Shown piece by piece: positions 29,037 through 37,964 of a stretch of 64,000 nt of DNA (position 1 is its first letter; each line of letters opens with the position of its first letter). The position numbers and the translations under genes were made by a program. The stretch lies in the IMG/VR virus record IMGVR_UViG_3300049846_002026; one strand, written 5' to 3'. Source of the stretch: an uncultured virus (IMG/VR IMGVR_UViG_3300049846_002026). Its lineage: Duplodnaviria > Heunggongvirae > Uroviricota > Caudoviricetes. Below the pieces are notes generated by a model that was not told where the DNA came from, ran no database searches, and saw only the letters and a list, made by a program, of their open reading frames with translations.

Positions 29037-29597
29037 TTGGGAGGCCGCGTGGATTTCGCGGAAGTAATGAAGCAGGCCCTGGACGACCAACCGGTTGAGC
29101 GGCCTATGGCCTTTCATCCGGCTTTTGGCGCGCCCTATGGCCAGTCGCTGATCGAAGAGTTCAAGAAGCAACCGCCGCCCCAGCTGGTCAAGGGCCTGAG
29201 CGACGCCATCGATAAGTACATTCAGGACCAGATCGAAGCGGAACTGGCGCAGAAGGGCGTAACCTTCCAGTGGAAGCCCACTGCGCATCAGGTGTTCGCT
29301 GTGGACCATGCGTACGGCCTTGACTCCAGTGTGGTGTTTAAGTACACTGGGCCTAAGGACCTCAAGATGAGCGATGTAATCTCTGTGCCTTCCATGGGTT
29401 CGGGTCAGCTGATCGTGACATCAAGCACGGTCTATCAGCCCCCTGATCAGTACGTATACATCAATGCTGGGGGCAGCTTTGGTGCTGCACCAGCGCCGAA
29501 TCCGCTGCCCTTGACAGCTGGAACGGTGGTCGTTAACTTCAAGGATATTGAGACCGCGGTGGTCTCAGACTTCTTTAAAGACAAGGGAGAAGAATAA
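29037..29597 (+). CDS. hypothetical protein
   Basis: ORF coupled to next gene. Confidence 0.6.
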   Translation: MGGRVDFAEVMKQALDDQPVERPMAFHPAFGAPYGQSLIEEFKKQPPPQLVKGLSDAIDKYIQDQIEAELAQKGVTFQWKPTAHQVFAVDHAYGLDSSVVFKYTGPKDLKMSDVISVPSMGSGQLIVTSSTVYQPPDQYVYINAGGSFGAAPAPNPLPLTAGTVVVNFKDIETAVVSDFFKDKGEE

Positions 29598-30112
29598 TGG
29601 CAAAGGATCTGAGTTTCCGGGTCATCAACGTTCGTGCAGGTGGTGAGTACTCCGTGATGGGCTGCGACGTAGCCGTCGGGTACACCACGGGTGACGAGTT
29701 CGTTGGACTGTTGACCCTGCGCGGCCTCTGGCTCCGCAAGAAGAAGGAAGGCGACGGGTACATGATTCAGTGGCCCGCGAAGCCCCGTATGCGCAACGGC
29801 GAAGCCGTGAAGGATGCGAAGGGCTACGACAAGTACGACAACTTCATCGACCTCTACGGGGAGATGGGCGCTGCCGGCGATCCGGAGAAGTACGCGATCA
29901 CCGAGATGGCCTGGAAGTTCAAGGACAAGCTCATCAAGATGATGCTGGAGGCGGCCGAGTCCGCCCCGAAGGCGGCTGCCAAGCCGGCCTCGAAGCCTGC
30001 TGGCAAGTCCAGCGCCCCCGCCGCTCGCGCCACGGCCGCTCGGCCGACGCGTTCCACGGCCCCGGTAGCGGTGGCTGAGGAAGCGGACGAGGACGACGAC
30101 CTGCCGTTCTAA
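29597..30112 (+). CDS. single-stranded DNA-binding protein-like
   Basis: A/K/P-rich linker and acidic tail DEDDDLPF. Confidence 0.65.
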   Translation: MAKDLSFRVINVRAGGEYSVMGCDVAVGYTTGDEFVGLLTLRGLWLRKKKEGDGYMIQWPAKPRMRNGEAVKDAKGYDKYDNFIDLYGEMGAAGDPEKYAITEMAWKFKDKLIKMMLEAAESAPKAAAKPASKPAGKSSAPAARATAARPTRSTAPVAVAEEADEDDDLPF

Positions 30113-30441
30113 TGCAGTGGACTGGGAGTGGGGCCGGGTTCGCCCTGGCCCTCCGCCTGAGCCAACTGCGGAGCGCTATCCGCGTGGGCTTGGCCCTCGC
30201 TGAGAAGTTCCCGACTGAAGACTCCTGGGAGGCCGCAATGGCCTCTCCGGAGTTTCAGGAGACCGCTAGCGCCCTGGCGGAGGTTCTCCAAGATGTGCAG
30301 GGCGATCTGGATGTCGCGCCACCCGACCAGGTGGTCGAAACCGTACTCAAGCACCACGAACGTGGCCTCGAAACCCTTGAACTCTTCGCAGAACAACTGG
30401 AGGTCTCCGCGGACGACATTCTCGTCGTCCTGTCGGGCTGA
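30112..30441 (+). CDS. hypothetical protein
   Basis: TAATG coupling. Confidence 0.55.
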   Translation: MQWTGSGAGFALALRLSQLRSAIRVGLALAEKFPTEDSWEAAMASPEFQETASALAEVLQDVQGDLDVAPPDQVVETVLKHHERGLETLELFAEQLEVSADDILVVLSG

Positions 30442-30479
30442 AAGCTACGAAGCGCAGTGCCCCTCAGGCAGCGACTTAT

Positions 30480-32153
30480 ATGTCCAATCACTTTCAGCAG
30501 AGGGCGCACATGGCATTTCGTAACTCCTTTGGCGAGAATATCTTCCGCCACAAGTACGGGCAAGACAGGTTCGACCGTTGGGACCAGCTGGCCAGGGTTC
30601 TGGTCGATGACGTCTGTGGAACCCGTGGTGGCACCCTGCCCCCGATTCTGAGCAAGGAACTGCGTGACGAGCTCACGCAAATCATTGCCAGCATGCAGTT
30701 TATCCCGGGTGGACGGTACCTGTACTACGCAGGACGTGGGCTCCACGCCTACAATAACTGCTTCCTTCTCCGGGCCGAAGAGGACACCCGCGAGGAATGG
30801 GCAGAACTCATGAATCGCTCGATGCGCTGCCTGATGCTGGGCGGCGGAATCGGGACCGACTATTCACGGCTTCGGGAAGAGGGCGCCCCGCTAAAGCGGA
30901 CCGGCGGCACGGCCAGTGGGCCGATTCCCCTCATGTACGCGGTGAACGAGGTCGGGCGGAACGTCAAGCAGGGCGGGTCTAGGCGGTCTGCTATCTACGC
31001 CAGTCTGAACTGGCGGCACCCAGATGCTCGCAAGTTCTTGGTCGCCAAGAACTGGGACGAGATCTTCATTGGGTCGTCTGGCATGACGCTGTGGGACGCC
31101 AAGCAGCAGGACTTCAACTACCCAGCCCCGCTGGACATGACCAACGTGTCGCTCAACTACGACGACGCTTGGTTGAACATGCCCAATCGGGAGCTTGATG
31201 AAACGTTCCTCAAGAACGTTGAGCAGGCGCTTCGGACCGGCGAGCCCGGGTTCAGCTTCAACTTCGGCAACAAGCAGAACGAGACCCTTCGTAATGCCTG
31301 CACCGAGGTAACGTCCGAGGACGACTCTGACGTCTGCAATCTCGGCTCGGTCAATCTCAGTCGGATTGAGAACGTGGCCCAGCTTCGGCGCGTCACGTAT
31401 CTGGCCGGCATGTTCTTGGTGTGCGGTACCCTTCGCGCTGACCTGCCGTACGAGAAGGTCAAGCTGGTCCGCGAGAAGAATCGTCGTCTGGGTCTGGGCT
31501 TCATGGGAGCGCACGAGTGGCTCTTGAAGCGTGGGTACCGGTACGAAGTCACTCCGGAACTGCACACGTGGTTGCAGGCGTGGAAGGAAGAGAGTGAGCT
31601 GGGAGCCAACGAGCTCTGCGACCGCCTGGGCATCAATCGTCCAGTGGCGTATCGTGCCATCGCTCCGACTGGGACGATCGGAACGCTCGCTGGTACAACC
31701 ACAGGCATCGAGCCTCTGTATGCGGTTGCGTACAAGCGTCGCTATCTGGTGGGCACGACCTGGAAGTACGAGTACGTGGTGGATGCCATCGCCGAAACAC
31801 TGGTGCGGGAAGGTATCGACCCGGATTCGATTGAAACTGCGAATGATCTGGCACTCGACTACGAGCGGCGCTTGGCTTTCCAAGCCGATGTGCAGGACTA
31901 TGTCGACCAGGCCATCAGCAGTACGATCAACATGCCTGGCTGGGGCACAGCAGGAAATAACTCCGACCAGGTTCGTGACTTCGCGCGGGTTCTGGCGAAG
32001 TACGCGCCACGCCTTCGTGGCTTTACCGTCTACCCTGACGGCTCACGTGGTGGTCAGCCACTGGTACAGGTGCCTTATGCCGAAGCCGCGTATTCCCGCG
32101 GAGTTGTCTTTGAAGAAAACGACTCCTGTGTTGGCGGTGTCTGCGGCATCTAA
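30480..32153 (+). CDS. nrdJ: ribonucleotide reductase, class II (B12-dependent)
   Basis: FIPGGR, NNCF, RNACTE, CNLGSVNL, IAPTGT, QAISST, C-terminal CVGGVCG; no small subunit gene nearby. Confidence 0.85.
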   Translation: MSNHFQQRAHMAFRNSFGENIFRHKYGQDRFDRWDQLARVLVDDVCGTRGGTLPPILSKELRDELTQIIASMQFIPGGRYLYYAGRGLHAYNNCFLLRAEEDTREEWAELMNRSMRCLMLGGGIGTDYSRLREEGAPLKRTGGTASGPIPLMYAVNEVGRNVKQGGSRRSAIYASLNWRHPDARKFLVAKNWDEIFIGSSGMTLWDAKQQDFNYPAPLDMTNVSLNYDDAWLNMPNRELDETFLKNVEQALRTGEPGFSFNFGNKQNETLRNACTEVTSEDDSDVCNLGSVNLSRIENVAQLRRVTYLAGMFLVCGTLRADLPYEKVKLVREKNRRLGLGFMGAHEWLLKRGYRYEVTPELHTWLQAWKEESELGANELCDRLGINRPVAYRAIAPTGTIGTLAGTTTGIEPLYAVAYKRRYLVGTTWKYEYVVDAIAETLVREGIDPDSIETANDLALDYERRLAFQADVQDYVDQAISSTINMPGWGTAGNNSDQVRDFARVLAKYAPRLRGFTVYPDGSRGGQPLVQVPYAEAAYSRGVVFEENDSCVGGVCGI

Positions 32154-32408
32154 GCGGGCAGTCGTCATCGTGCATCCTCGCGATAACGGGGGCCTTGGGC
32201 CGTTCAAGCGGTGGCTTGAGCAGCTCGGGGTCCCCGTTGTTGTGCTGCCTGCCACAGATCCTGAAGCCGACCACTTGATTTCTGCCGCCAATGTGCTTAG
32301 TTTGCCAGCACTCGTGCTGATCGTGCGCAAACGTGCCGTATGCACACTGCACGACTGGGACATGACCAGCAAGAAAACCCTCAACGCCGCATTGGAGAAG
32401 TTTACCAC

Positions 32409-32666
32409 ATGCAAGTGATCTTCCTGCACGACAAGGATCAAACCCTGACGGCCATGCGGCTGATGGGCAAGGTCAACAAGCAGTATCCCAAGGCTAGTTG
32501 CGTAGCCATGCCGCTGAACGTGCCGCAAGCTGCGGACGTCTGCGCCTGGTTGCAGGTGGCCCAGGTTCCGCAGATCGTGATTCGCGTGAGCGACACGGTT
32601 CGCACGGTGCTGCCGATGACTGAGGAAGTCGATTTCGGCCTGACGCTCGCTGGAGCGATCGCATGA
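32409..32666 (+). CDS. hypothetical protein
   Basis: ORF coupled to next gene. Confidence 0.5.
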   Translation: MQVIFLHDKDQTLTAMRLMGKVNKQYPKASCVAMPLNVPQAADVCAWLQVAQVPQIVIRVSDTVRTVLPMTEEVDFGLTLAGAIA

Positions 32667-33316
32667 CCAAGCCACGCATCTACATCGCGGGGCCGATGAC
32701 CGGATTGCCCGAGTTCAACTACCCGGCGTTTAACGCGGCTGCGGCAGCGTGGCGCGCCGACGGCTGGGACGTTGTGAATCCCGCGGAGGAGCACGACGGT
32801 AAGACCGACCTGCCGTACGAAGAATACGTGAAGGTCGACATTCCGCAGATCGCCAGCTGCGACGCGCTGGCCGTGCTGCCGGGCTGGAACGGCAAGGGAG
32901 CTAGGGGTTCCGTCTGGGAGCGGTACATCGCGGAGTACATCTACAAGATCCCGATCTTCGCGGCCAACACGCCGTTCCCAGCGGTGGATTTCCAGCCGAA
33001 GAAGGAGGAGACGGCGCTGGAGGAGGCGCACCGCATCGTCAATGGCGCTAGGCAAAAAGCGTACGGGCACCCCCTGGACGACTTCAGCAAGACGGCGAAG
33101 ATGTGGGAAGGCATCATCGGAGTACCGATCACACCGGAGCAGATCGCGCTCTGCATGATCGCGGTCAAGATCAGTCGTCTGCGCAACACGCCGGATCACC
33201 GGGACTCCATCGTGGACATTGCTGGCTACACGGCAACGTACGAGATGGTGCAGACCGAGCGTAAGCGGCGTGGTGATCGTCGGGACCACGACCGGCACGG
33301 GTTCAATCCAGTATGA
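32663..33316 (+). CDS. DUF4406 + DUF6378 fusion protein
   Basis: IYIAGPMTGLPEFNYPAF...VVNPA...LPGW; RQKAYGHP..F...KISR...DSIVDIAGY. Confidence 0.8.
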   Translation: MTKPRIYIAGPMTGLPEFNYPAFNAAAAAWRADGWDVVNPAEEHDGKTDLPYEEYVKVDIPQIASCDALAVLPGWNGKGARGSVWERYIAEYIYKIPIFAANTPFPAVDFQPKKEETALEEAHRIVNGARQKAYGHPLDDFSKTAKMWEGIIGVPITPEQIALCMIAVKISRLRNTPDHRDSIVDIAGYTATYEMVQTERKRRGDRRDHDRHGFNPV

Positions 33317-33582
33317 GCAAGCCGAGTGACCCAGCAGACAAGGAACTGGCCAAAGCAGACGGCTTGTTCCAACCGAATCATCGTTCCGGCTACGGCACTG
33401 TGGAAGCTCGCACTGCGTGGGTCATTGACTGGGTCACGCGGCATCCGCACTGCACGTTGGCTGGTGGCGAAGGCGCACTCCTGGTGAAGCGCATTCGTGA
33501 CCTGGAAGCCGCACTAGAACACACAGAGGCCTTGCACGAAGGTCGTGTGCTGCGCGATGGTACTATCACGAGGACCCCATGA
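33313..33582 (+). CDS. hypothetical protein
   Basis: ATGA overlap. Confidence 0.55.
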   Translation: MSKPSDPADKELAKADGLFQPNHRSGYGTVEARTAWVIDWVTRHPHCTLAGGEGALLVKRIRDLEAALEHTEALHEGRVLRDGTITRTP

Positions 33583-33791
33583 AGTCAAAGATCTGTATTC
33601 AGTGCGCCAAGACCTTCGAGAACGAGGCCTGGCGGGCGGCATGTGACCGCTGTGGGGATCATGTGTTCGACGTTGATGATCCTCGGGCAGTGGGTGCAGT
33701 CGACAGGGCGTACCTGAGCGGCTGGACTGCTGGTGCCACAGCACGTAACCAGCCGCTGGCACGTCGGCGTCAGGCGAAGCGGGGGCTCTAG
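33579..33791 (+). CDS. small Zn-ribbon protein
   Basis: CIQC...CDRC. Confidence 0.55.
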   Translation: MKSKICIQCAKTFENEAWRAACDRCGDHVFDVDDPRAVGAVDRAYLSGWTAGATARNQPLARRRQAKRGL

Positions 33792-34594
33792 TGCATTATC
33801 AGATGGAGTTCGGCGGCGGTTTGGGCGATGTGTACTACCAGCTGTACGCGAAGAACGTCTACAACGTGCTGTGGAACCTGGGACCGCACGACACCGCGAC
33901 GGTGTGGTTGGTGTGCTTGAACCCGTATGCGGCAGAGTTGTTTACCTCGCTGCCAACCGCCGATCGGATTGATCTGCGCGTCATCGACTACGGCGCCATG
34001 GTGGCGGATCCAGGGCTTCGTAAGCGGCTGGGCATGCCACCGCACGGCATTACAGGACAGATCCCTGCAGTGCCCGGACCGATTCGGTTCCCGGTTACGC
34101 CGCAAGACACGGCGGTACTGGACCCTCTGACTCCCGGTTACGTGGTGCTGGCCGCTGGCGCGGGTACTCCAGATCGCACGATTGACGGCGCATTGTTCAA
34201 GCGTGTGATTGGGGACTTCTTGCTACAAGCACCCGGACGACAACTGGTGTTGGTGGGCCGCAACTTTGCCCGAGAAGGCCGCGAAGAGCCGAGCCTGCCG
34301 ACGCATGCACGACTGGTGAACCTGGTCGATCAGCTAACGGCAGCCGGTTCAGCCCAGGTGGTGCAGAAGAGCGCGGGGTTGATCACGGCGCACAGTGCAT
34401 TGAACCTGCTAGGCTGGTTGGAGCACAAGCCTCAGCTGTTGCTCTACCCACAAGCAGTACTGGATCGTCACGCCCGCAATGGGCGGTACGACCAGTGGAT
34501 GTTCGGTGCAGACAGGCAGACGACTGTGCACGGCCTGTTTGAGCGGTATGATACTTCATGGATGCTCCAGTTCCTCCAACACCTACCAACATGA
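33791..34594 (+). CDS. glycosyltransferase family 9-like protein
   Basis: GGLGD N-terminus; NLVDQLT...ITAHSALNLL. Confidence 0.6.
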   Translation: MHYQMEFGGGLGDVYYQLYAKNVYNVLWNLGPHDTATVWLVCLNPYAAELFTSLPTADRIDLRVIDYGAMVADPGLRKRLGMPPHGITGQIPAVPGPIRFPVTPQDTAVLDPLTPGYVVLAAGAGTPDRTIDGALFKRVIGDFLLQAPGRQLVLVGRNFAREGREEPSLPTHARLVNLVDQLTAAGSAQVVQKSAGLITAHSALNLLGWLEHKPQLLLYPQAVLDRHARNGRYDQWMFGADRQTTVHGLFERYDTSWMLQFLQHLPT

Positions 34595-35199
34595 TCAAGT
34601 ACGGCATCTGCATGGACGGCAACGAACCGGCATTTGAGCGGGCGCTCTTCTTGGCCTTGCGTAATGGCGGGTTTCGCTCGCGTCCGTTTTACGTGGTCGA
34701 GATTGGTACCGCTGCGGCGGAGACCACTGCCGGCATGGCGAAGTTCATCCACGGCGTGACCCCGCACTTCGAGATTGACACGTTCGACATTCCGAATGGT
34801 TGGTCGCTCGTACGCGAGGCGGTTGCGCAGGTCTGCGCCAACGAACCTCGTATCCGGCCGTTGCTGAGCGAACGTGGCGCACAAAGCCTGCTGGAACCAG
34901 ACGCCGACTGGCCCACGCCGATCGACTTCGCGTTCATTGATGGCTGCCACGGGGCACCGTGCGCGACCACAGACTTCTTGGTCGTAGAGAAATACGCCGT
35001 GAAGGGCACTGTGGTGGTGTTCCACGACACGAGCACCAGCTGTCAGGGCATTCACCTGCAACCACATTGCCAGACTGGAATCGATGTGCGCCGCGCACTG
35101 ATCGACATGGGCTTGTTGAACAACACGCGTCCAGGATGGCGGTTGGTCGAAGAAACAAACACTCCACACGGCATCGCCGTCTTCGAGAGGATCGTATGA
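34591..35199 (+). CDS. class I SAM methyltransferase (Methyltransf_24-like)
   Basis: VVEIGT, DFAFIDGCH, VVFHD. Confidence 0.8.
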   Translation: MIKYGICMDGNEPAFERALFLALRNGGFRSRPFYVVEIGTAAAETTAGMAKFIHGVTPHFEIDTFDIPNGWSLVREAVAQVCANEPRIRPLLSERGAQSLLEPDADWPTPIDFAFIDGCHGAPCATTDFLVVEKYAVKGTVVVFHDTSTSCQGIHLQPHCQTGIDVRRALIDMGLLNNTRPGWRLVEETNTPHGIAVFERIV

Positions 35200-35804
35200 A
35201 CTCCGTCCCGTACCCAACGGCTGCGCACGACATCGTGCTGAGCCCCTTCACCCAGCGCTGGACCCCCGATCACGACACCAAGGTCGTGTGTGCACTGGCG
35301 CATAGTGTCCAGGGTGACATTCTGGAGATCGGTTGCAACAACGGTACCACCACCCGGGAACTGGCCCTGCAGTTTCCGGAGCGTACCATCGTCGGCTTGG
35401 ACTTCGTGAGCAAGACTCCGACCATGGTGAAGGAGCAGCACTACGAGATCCCATGGGGCGAGTTCGGCAAGCATGTGGTCGGCATGCGCAACGTCGAGCT
35501 GCTGAACCAGAACTCGCGCACGTTCGACTACAGCAAGTACCCGAACATTCGGATCGTGTTCATCGACGGCGACCATTCCTACGCAGGGGTCAAGGCGGAC
35601 ACCGAACTGGCCCTCGACGCATTCGATGACCGGGACCGGGAGTTCCCGTACGCAGGACCCCGCCTGATCATGTGGCATGACGTTCACCCGTCGTTGCCGG
35701 ACTGGTGCCAGGTCTGGGAGTACCTGGAGACGGAAATCGCTCCCAGGTACCCGCAGCTGGAGTGGTACGAGGGGAGCCACGTAGCCGCCCTCCTGCTCAA
35801 GTAG
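35196..35804 (+). CDS. class I SAM methyltransferase (Methyltransf_24-like)
   Basis: ILEIGCNNG, VFIDGDHSY, MWHD. Confidence 0.85.
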   Translation: MNSVPYPTAAHDIVLSPFTQRWTPDHDTKVVCALAHSVQGDILEIGCNNGTTTRELALQFPERTIVGLDFVSKTPTMVKEQHYEIPWGEFGKHVVGMRNVELLNQNSRTFDYSKYPNIRIVFIDGDHSYAGVKADTELALDAFDDRDREFPYAGPRLIMWHDVHPSLPDWCQVWEYLETEIAPRYPQLEWYEGSHVAALLLK

Positions 35805-35813
35805 GGCAGGGGG

Positions 35814-35842
35814 TTGACACAGCCCCCGGCTCTGCTTACCTT
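35814..35842 (+). promoter_or_regulatory. sigma70-like promoter
   Basis: TTGACA-N17-TACCTT. Confidence 0.7.
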
Positions 35843-35847
35843 TCGGG

Positions 35848-36118
35848 GGTAGGTTTGCGGTTTGGCCCCCTAGGGCACGACCTATTTGTTAAGAGCCGTC
35901 CCCTAGACTTTCCGGAGCTTCAATGCAATATTGCCTATCCCACAATCCTATCGCTACACAGCGCCCGACGTTCGATCGGTCGCTGGTGATTGGGAACTGG
36001 GAAAGCAAGGCAGGTAGTCGGTCCGGGGGAGCACTGATTTAGGGGTACACCACACGTACACGCCCTGAACGACGCGCCCCACGCTTCCCGGACCTAGGAA
36101 GAGTGGGGTTTCCGTTTT
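35848..36118 (+). ncRNA. long rod-like structured RNA candidate ending in terminator
   Basis: seven nested helices with internal bubbles; hairpin CCCCAC..GTGGGG + TTTCCGTTTT. Confidence 0.6.
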
Positions 36119-36128
36119 GGAGGATACC

Positions 36129-36674
36129 ATGAGCTGTCTCGTACTGAACGCCACATACCAGCCGATGCGCCCCATCGGCACTAAACGCGCCATCCGGCTT
36201 GTACTCCAGGGAAAGGCGGACATCGTCGAAAGCTCATCGGAACAGACGTTCCGGTCGGCCAACACGGAGATCCCCACCCCACTGGTCATCCGGCTGCGCA
36301 AGACCGTCAAGGTCCCGGACCGTTTCCGGCAGAGCGTAACCAACACGTTCCTGTTCGCTCGCGACGGCTACACCTGTCAGTACTGCGGACGGCACGATCG
36401 GGACTTGAAGGAGAGGGAGGGGCTGACCCGTGATCACGTTCAGCCGGTAAGTCGCGGGGGTGGGAACGTCTGGACTAACGTCGTAACGGCCTGCTCGACC
36501 TGCAACATGAAGAAGGCCGACCGCACACCCGAGGAAGCAGGACTCGTGCTCCGCAAGGTTCCAAAGGAGCCGAAGTTCGTGAACCTCAGGTGGCAGATCA
36601 GGAAGCTCACTCCGATTCAGCTGAAGTACGTCAAGATGTTCTACGGCGAGGAGTGGCTGGAGAGTGTAGAGTAA
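36129..36674 (+). CDS. HNH endonuclease with PLMP-like N-terminus (IshB-like architecture)
   Basis: LVLNATYQPMRP..KRAIRLVLQGKA; RDGYTCQYC, TRDHVQP.SRGG, NVVTACSTCN. Confidence 0.9.
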   Translation: MSCLVLNATYQPMRPIGTKRAIRLVLQGKADIVESSSEQTFRSANTEIPTPLVIRLRKTVKVPDRFRQSVTNTFLFARDGYTCQYCGRHDRDLKEREGLTRDHVQPVSRGGGNVWTNVVTACSTCNMKKADRTPEEAGLVLRKVPKEPKFVNLRWQIRKLTPIQLKYVKMFYGEEWLESVE

Positions 36675-36731
36675 GGCTTGCGGGGCGGCCTTTAGCGCCG
36701 ATGGCAGCATCGGTTAGCAGCCCCGCAATAC

Positions 36732-36804
36732 GGCCCTATCGTCTAGTGGACTAGGACAACACCCTCTCAAGGTGTGAACGGCGGTTCGAATCCGCTTAGG
36801 GCTA
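36732..36804 (+). tRNA. tRNA-Glu(CTC)
   Basis: cloverleaf; ACACC-CT CTC AA-GGTGT. Confidence 0.93.
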
Positions 36805-36805
36805 T

Positions 36806-36883
36806 GGGTCTTCAGCACATCGTCATAACGTGCACCCGCATTACAGCGGGCGGGTGGGTATCTACGAATCCCCACGAAGACCC
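36806..36883 (+). ncRNA. non-canonical cloverleaf RNA
   Basis: GGGTCTTC/GAAGACCC closing three hairpins; tRNA consensus bases absent. Confidence 0.55.
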
Positions 36884-36887
36884 GTAC

Positions 36888-36960
36888 GCCGCGTTCGTCT
36901 ATCGGTATAGGACGCTAGCCTTTCAAGCTGGAGAGACCAGTTCGATTCTGGTACGCGGTA
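36888..36960 (+). tRNA. tRNA-Glu(TTC)
   Basis: CTAGC-CT TTC AA-GCTGG. Confidence 0.93.
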
Positions 36961-36992
36961 TGCAGCAAAAAGCCCCCTTGCGGGGGCTGTAT

Positions 36993-37065
36993 TCACCGGT
37001 AGCTCAACTGGCAGAGCGGCACCCTGTTAAGGTGAAGGTTGTGGGATCGTCCCCCACCCGGTGAG
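36993..37065 (+). tRNA. tRNA-Asn(GTT)
   Basis: CACC-CT GTT AA-GGTG; atypical T-loop ATCGTCC. Confidence 0.85.
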
Positions 37066-37485
37066 CTAAGGTCGGTCTGGCGGAGTGACCAGCGGGGCGG
37101 CGGCACTGGCTGCAGCAGCGACGTCTGGCGTGATGGCTCGACCGATCAGTAGGTTGCGTTCCTGGCAGGCGTTCAGCAGGCCTTGACGGGCAAGCATCTC
37201 CAGGTTATTCTCCAAGCACTCGCCCCGCAACTGGGCCTCGTTGATCAAGGCTTCGGCCTGCTGGTTTGCTTCGATGCGCTTGAGCACATTCAGGATTTCG
37301 ACCTGAACAGAATCCGAACGCGCGATTTGGGCTGAGTGAATGTCGTCACGACTGATAATCGTACGACCGCTCCACTGCAGGAGTGTAGCAATGGCTCCCA
37401 GACCGGCTACCAGCACGACCGGGAAGGTCAGGAAGTCCTTGATGGTGAACTTGGGCATGCTCATACTCACTGTTGGTCGATTCAT
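37066..37485 (-). CDS. hypothetical membrane protein, antisense to tRNA array
   Basis: GGAGG RBS; one TM segment. Confidence 0.65.
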   Translation of the reverse strand: MNRPTVSMSMPKFTIKDFLTFPVVLVAGLGAIATLLQWSGRTIISRDDIHSAQIARSDSVQVEILNVLKRIEANQQAEALINEAQLRGECLENNLEMLARQGLLNACQERNLLIGRAITPDVAAAASAAAPLVTPPDRP

Positions 37486-37535
37486 GGGGCCTCCGGGGCA
37501 GTCAAATAAGTCGTAAGTGCAGGCGCAGGACCGAA

Positions 37536-37610
37536 GGACTAGTAGCTTAGCTGGCCTAAAGCGCCACCCTGTCACGGTGGAGAGCGTGGGTTCGAACCCC
37601 ATCTAGTCCG
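37536..37610 (+). tRNA. tRNA-Asp(GTC)
   Basis: CCACC-CT GTC AC-GGTGG. Confidence 0.93.
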
Positions 37611-37613
37611 TAC

Positions 37614-37696
37614 GCACTCGTGGTGGAATCGGCAGACACACCATCTTGAGGGGGTGGCGGCTTCGGCCAGTCCGGGTTCGACTCCCGGCGAGTGCA
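37614..37696 (+). tRNA. tRNA-Leu(GAG)
   Basis: CCATC-TT GAG GG-GGTGG; long variable arm. Confidence 0.93.
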
Positions 37697-37721
37697 TGTT
37701 TCACCCAACCAAGGAGTACGC

Positions 37722-37862
37722 ATGGAAAAGCTTTTCACATGGCAGACGGCGGTAGTGCTGGTGCTGTTCATCGCGTTCTTCCGGCCGGTAAGCCGCTGGG
37801 TCCTCAAGCAGCTGCCCACGCCCCGGAAGCAGCCACCGTCTGACCCCGGCGCCCCGGTTTAA
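37722..37862 (+). CDS. small membrane protein (46 aa)
   Basis: AAGGAG RBS; MEKLFTWQTAVVLVLFIAFF. Confidence 0.6.
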   Translation: MEKLFTWQTAVVLVLFIAFFRPVSRWVLKQLPTPRKQPPSDPGAPV

Positions 37863-37874
37863 CCGGGGCCCCAT

Positions 37875-37948
37875 GGTAGCCGTAGCTCAATCGGCAGAGC
37901 ACCGGAGTGTGGATCCGGGGGTTGCGAGTTCAAGCCTCGTCGGTTACC
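37875..37948 (+). tRNA. tRNA-His(GTG)
   Basis: CCGGA-GT GTG GA-TCCGG; G-1:C73. Confidence 0.92.
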
Positions 37949-37964
37949 CTTCAGTACCCCTAAC

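Noticed and set aside
36129..36674. IscB/Cas9-like nuclease
   Set aside because: Only 181 aa with no RuvC motifs or bridge helix.
36961..36990. Seventh ACAGCAA-motif copy (GCAGCAA + hairpin)
   Set aside because: No enclosing helix placed 5' of the motif as in the other six; looks like a simple GC hairpin.
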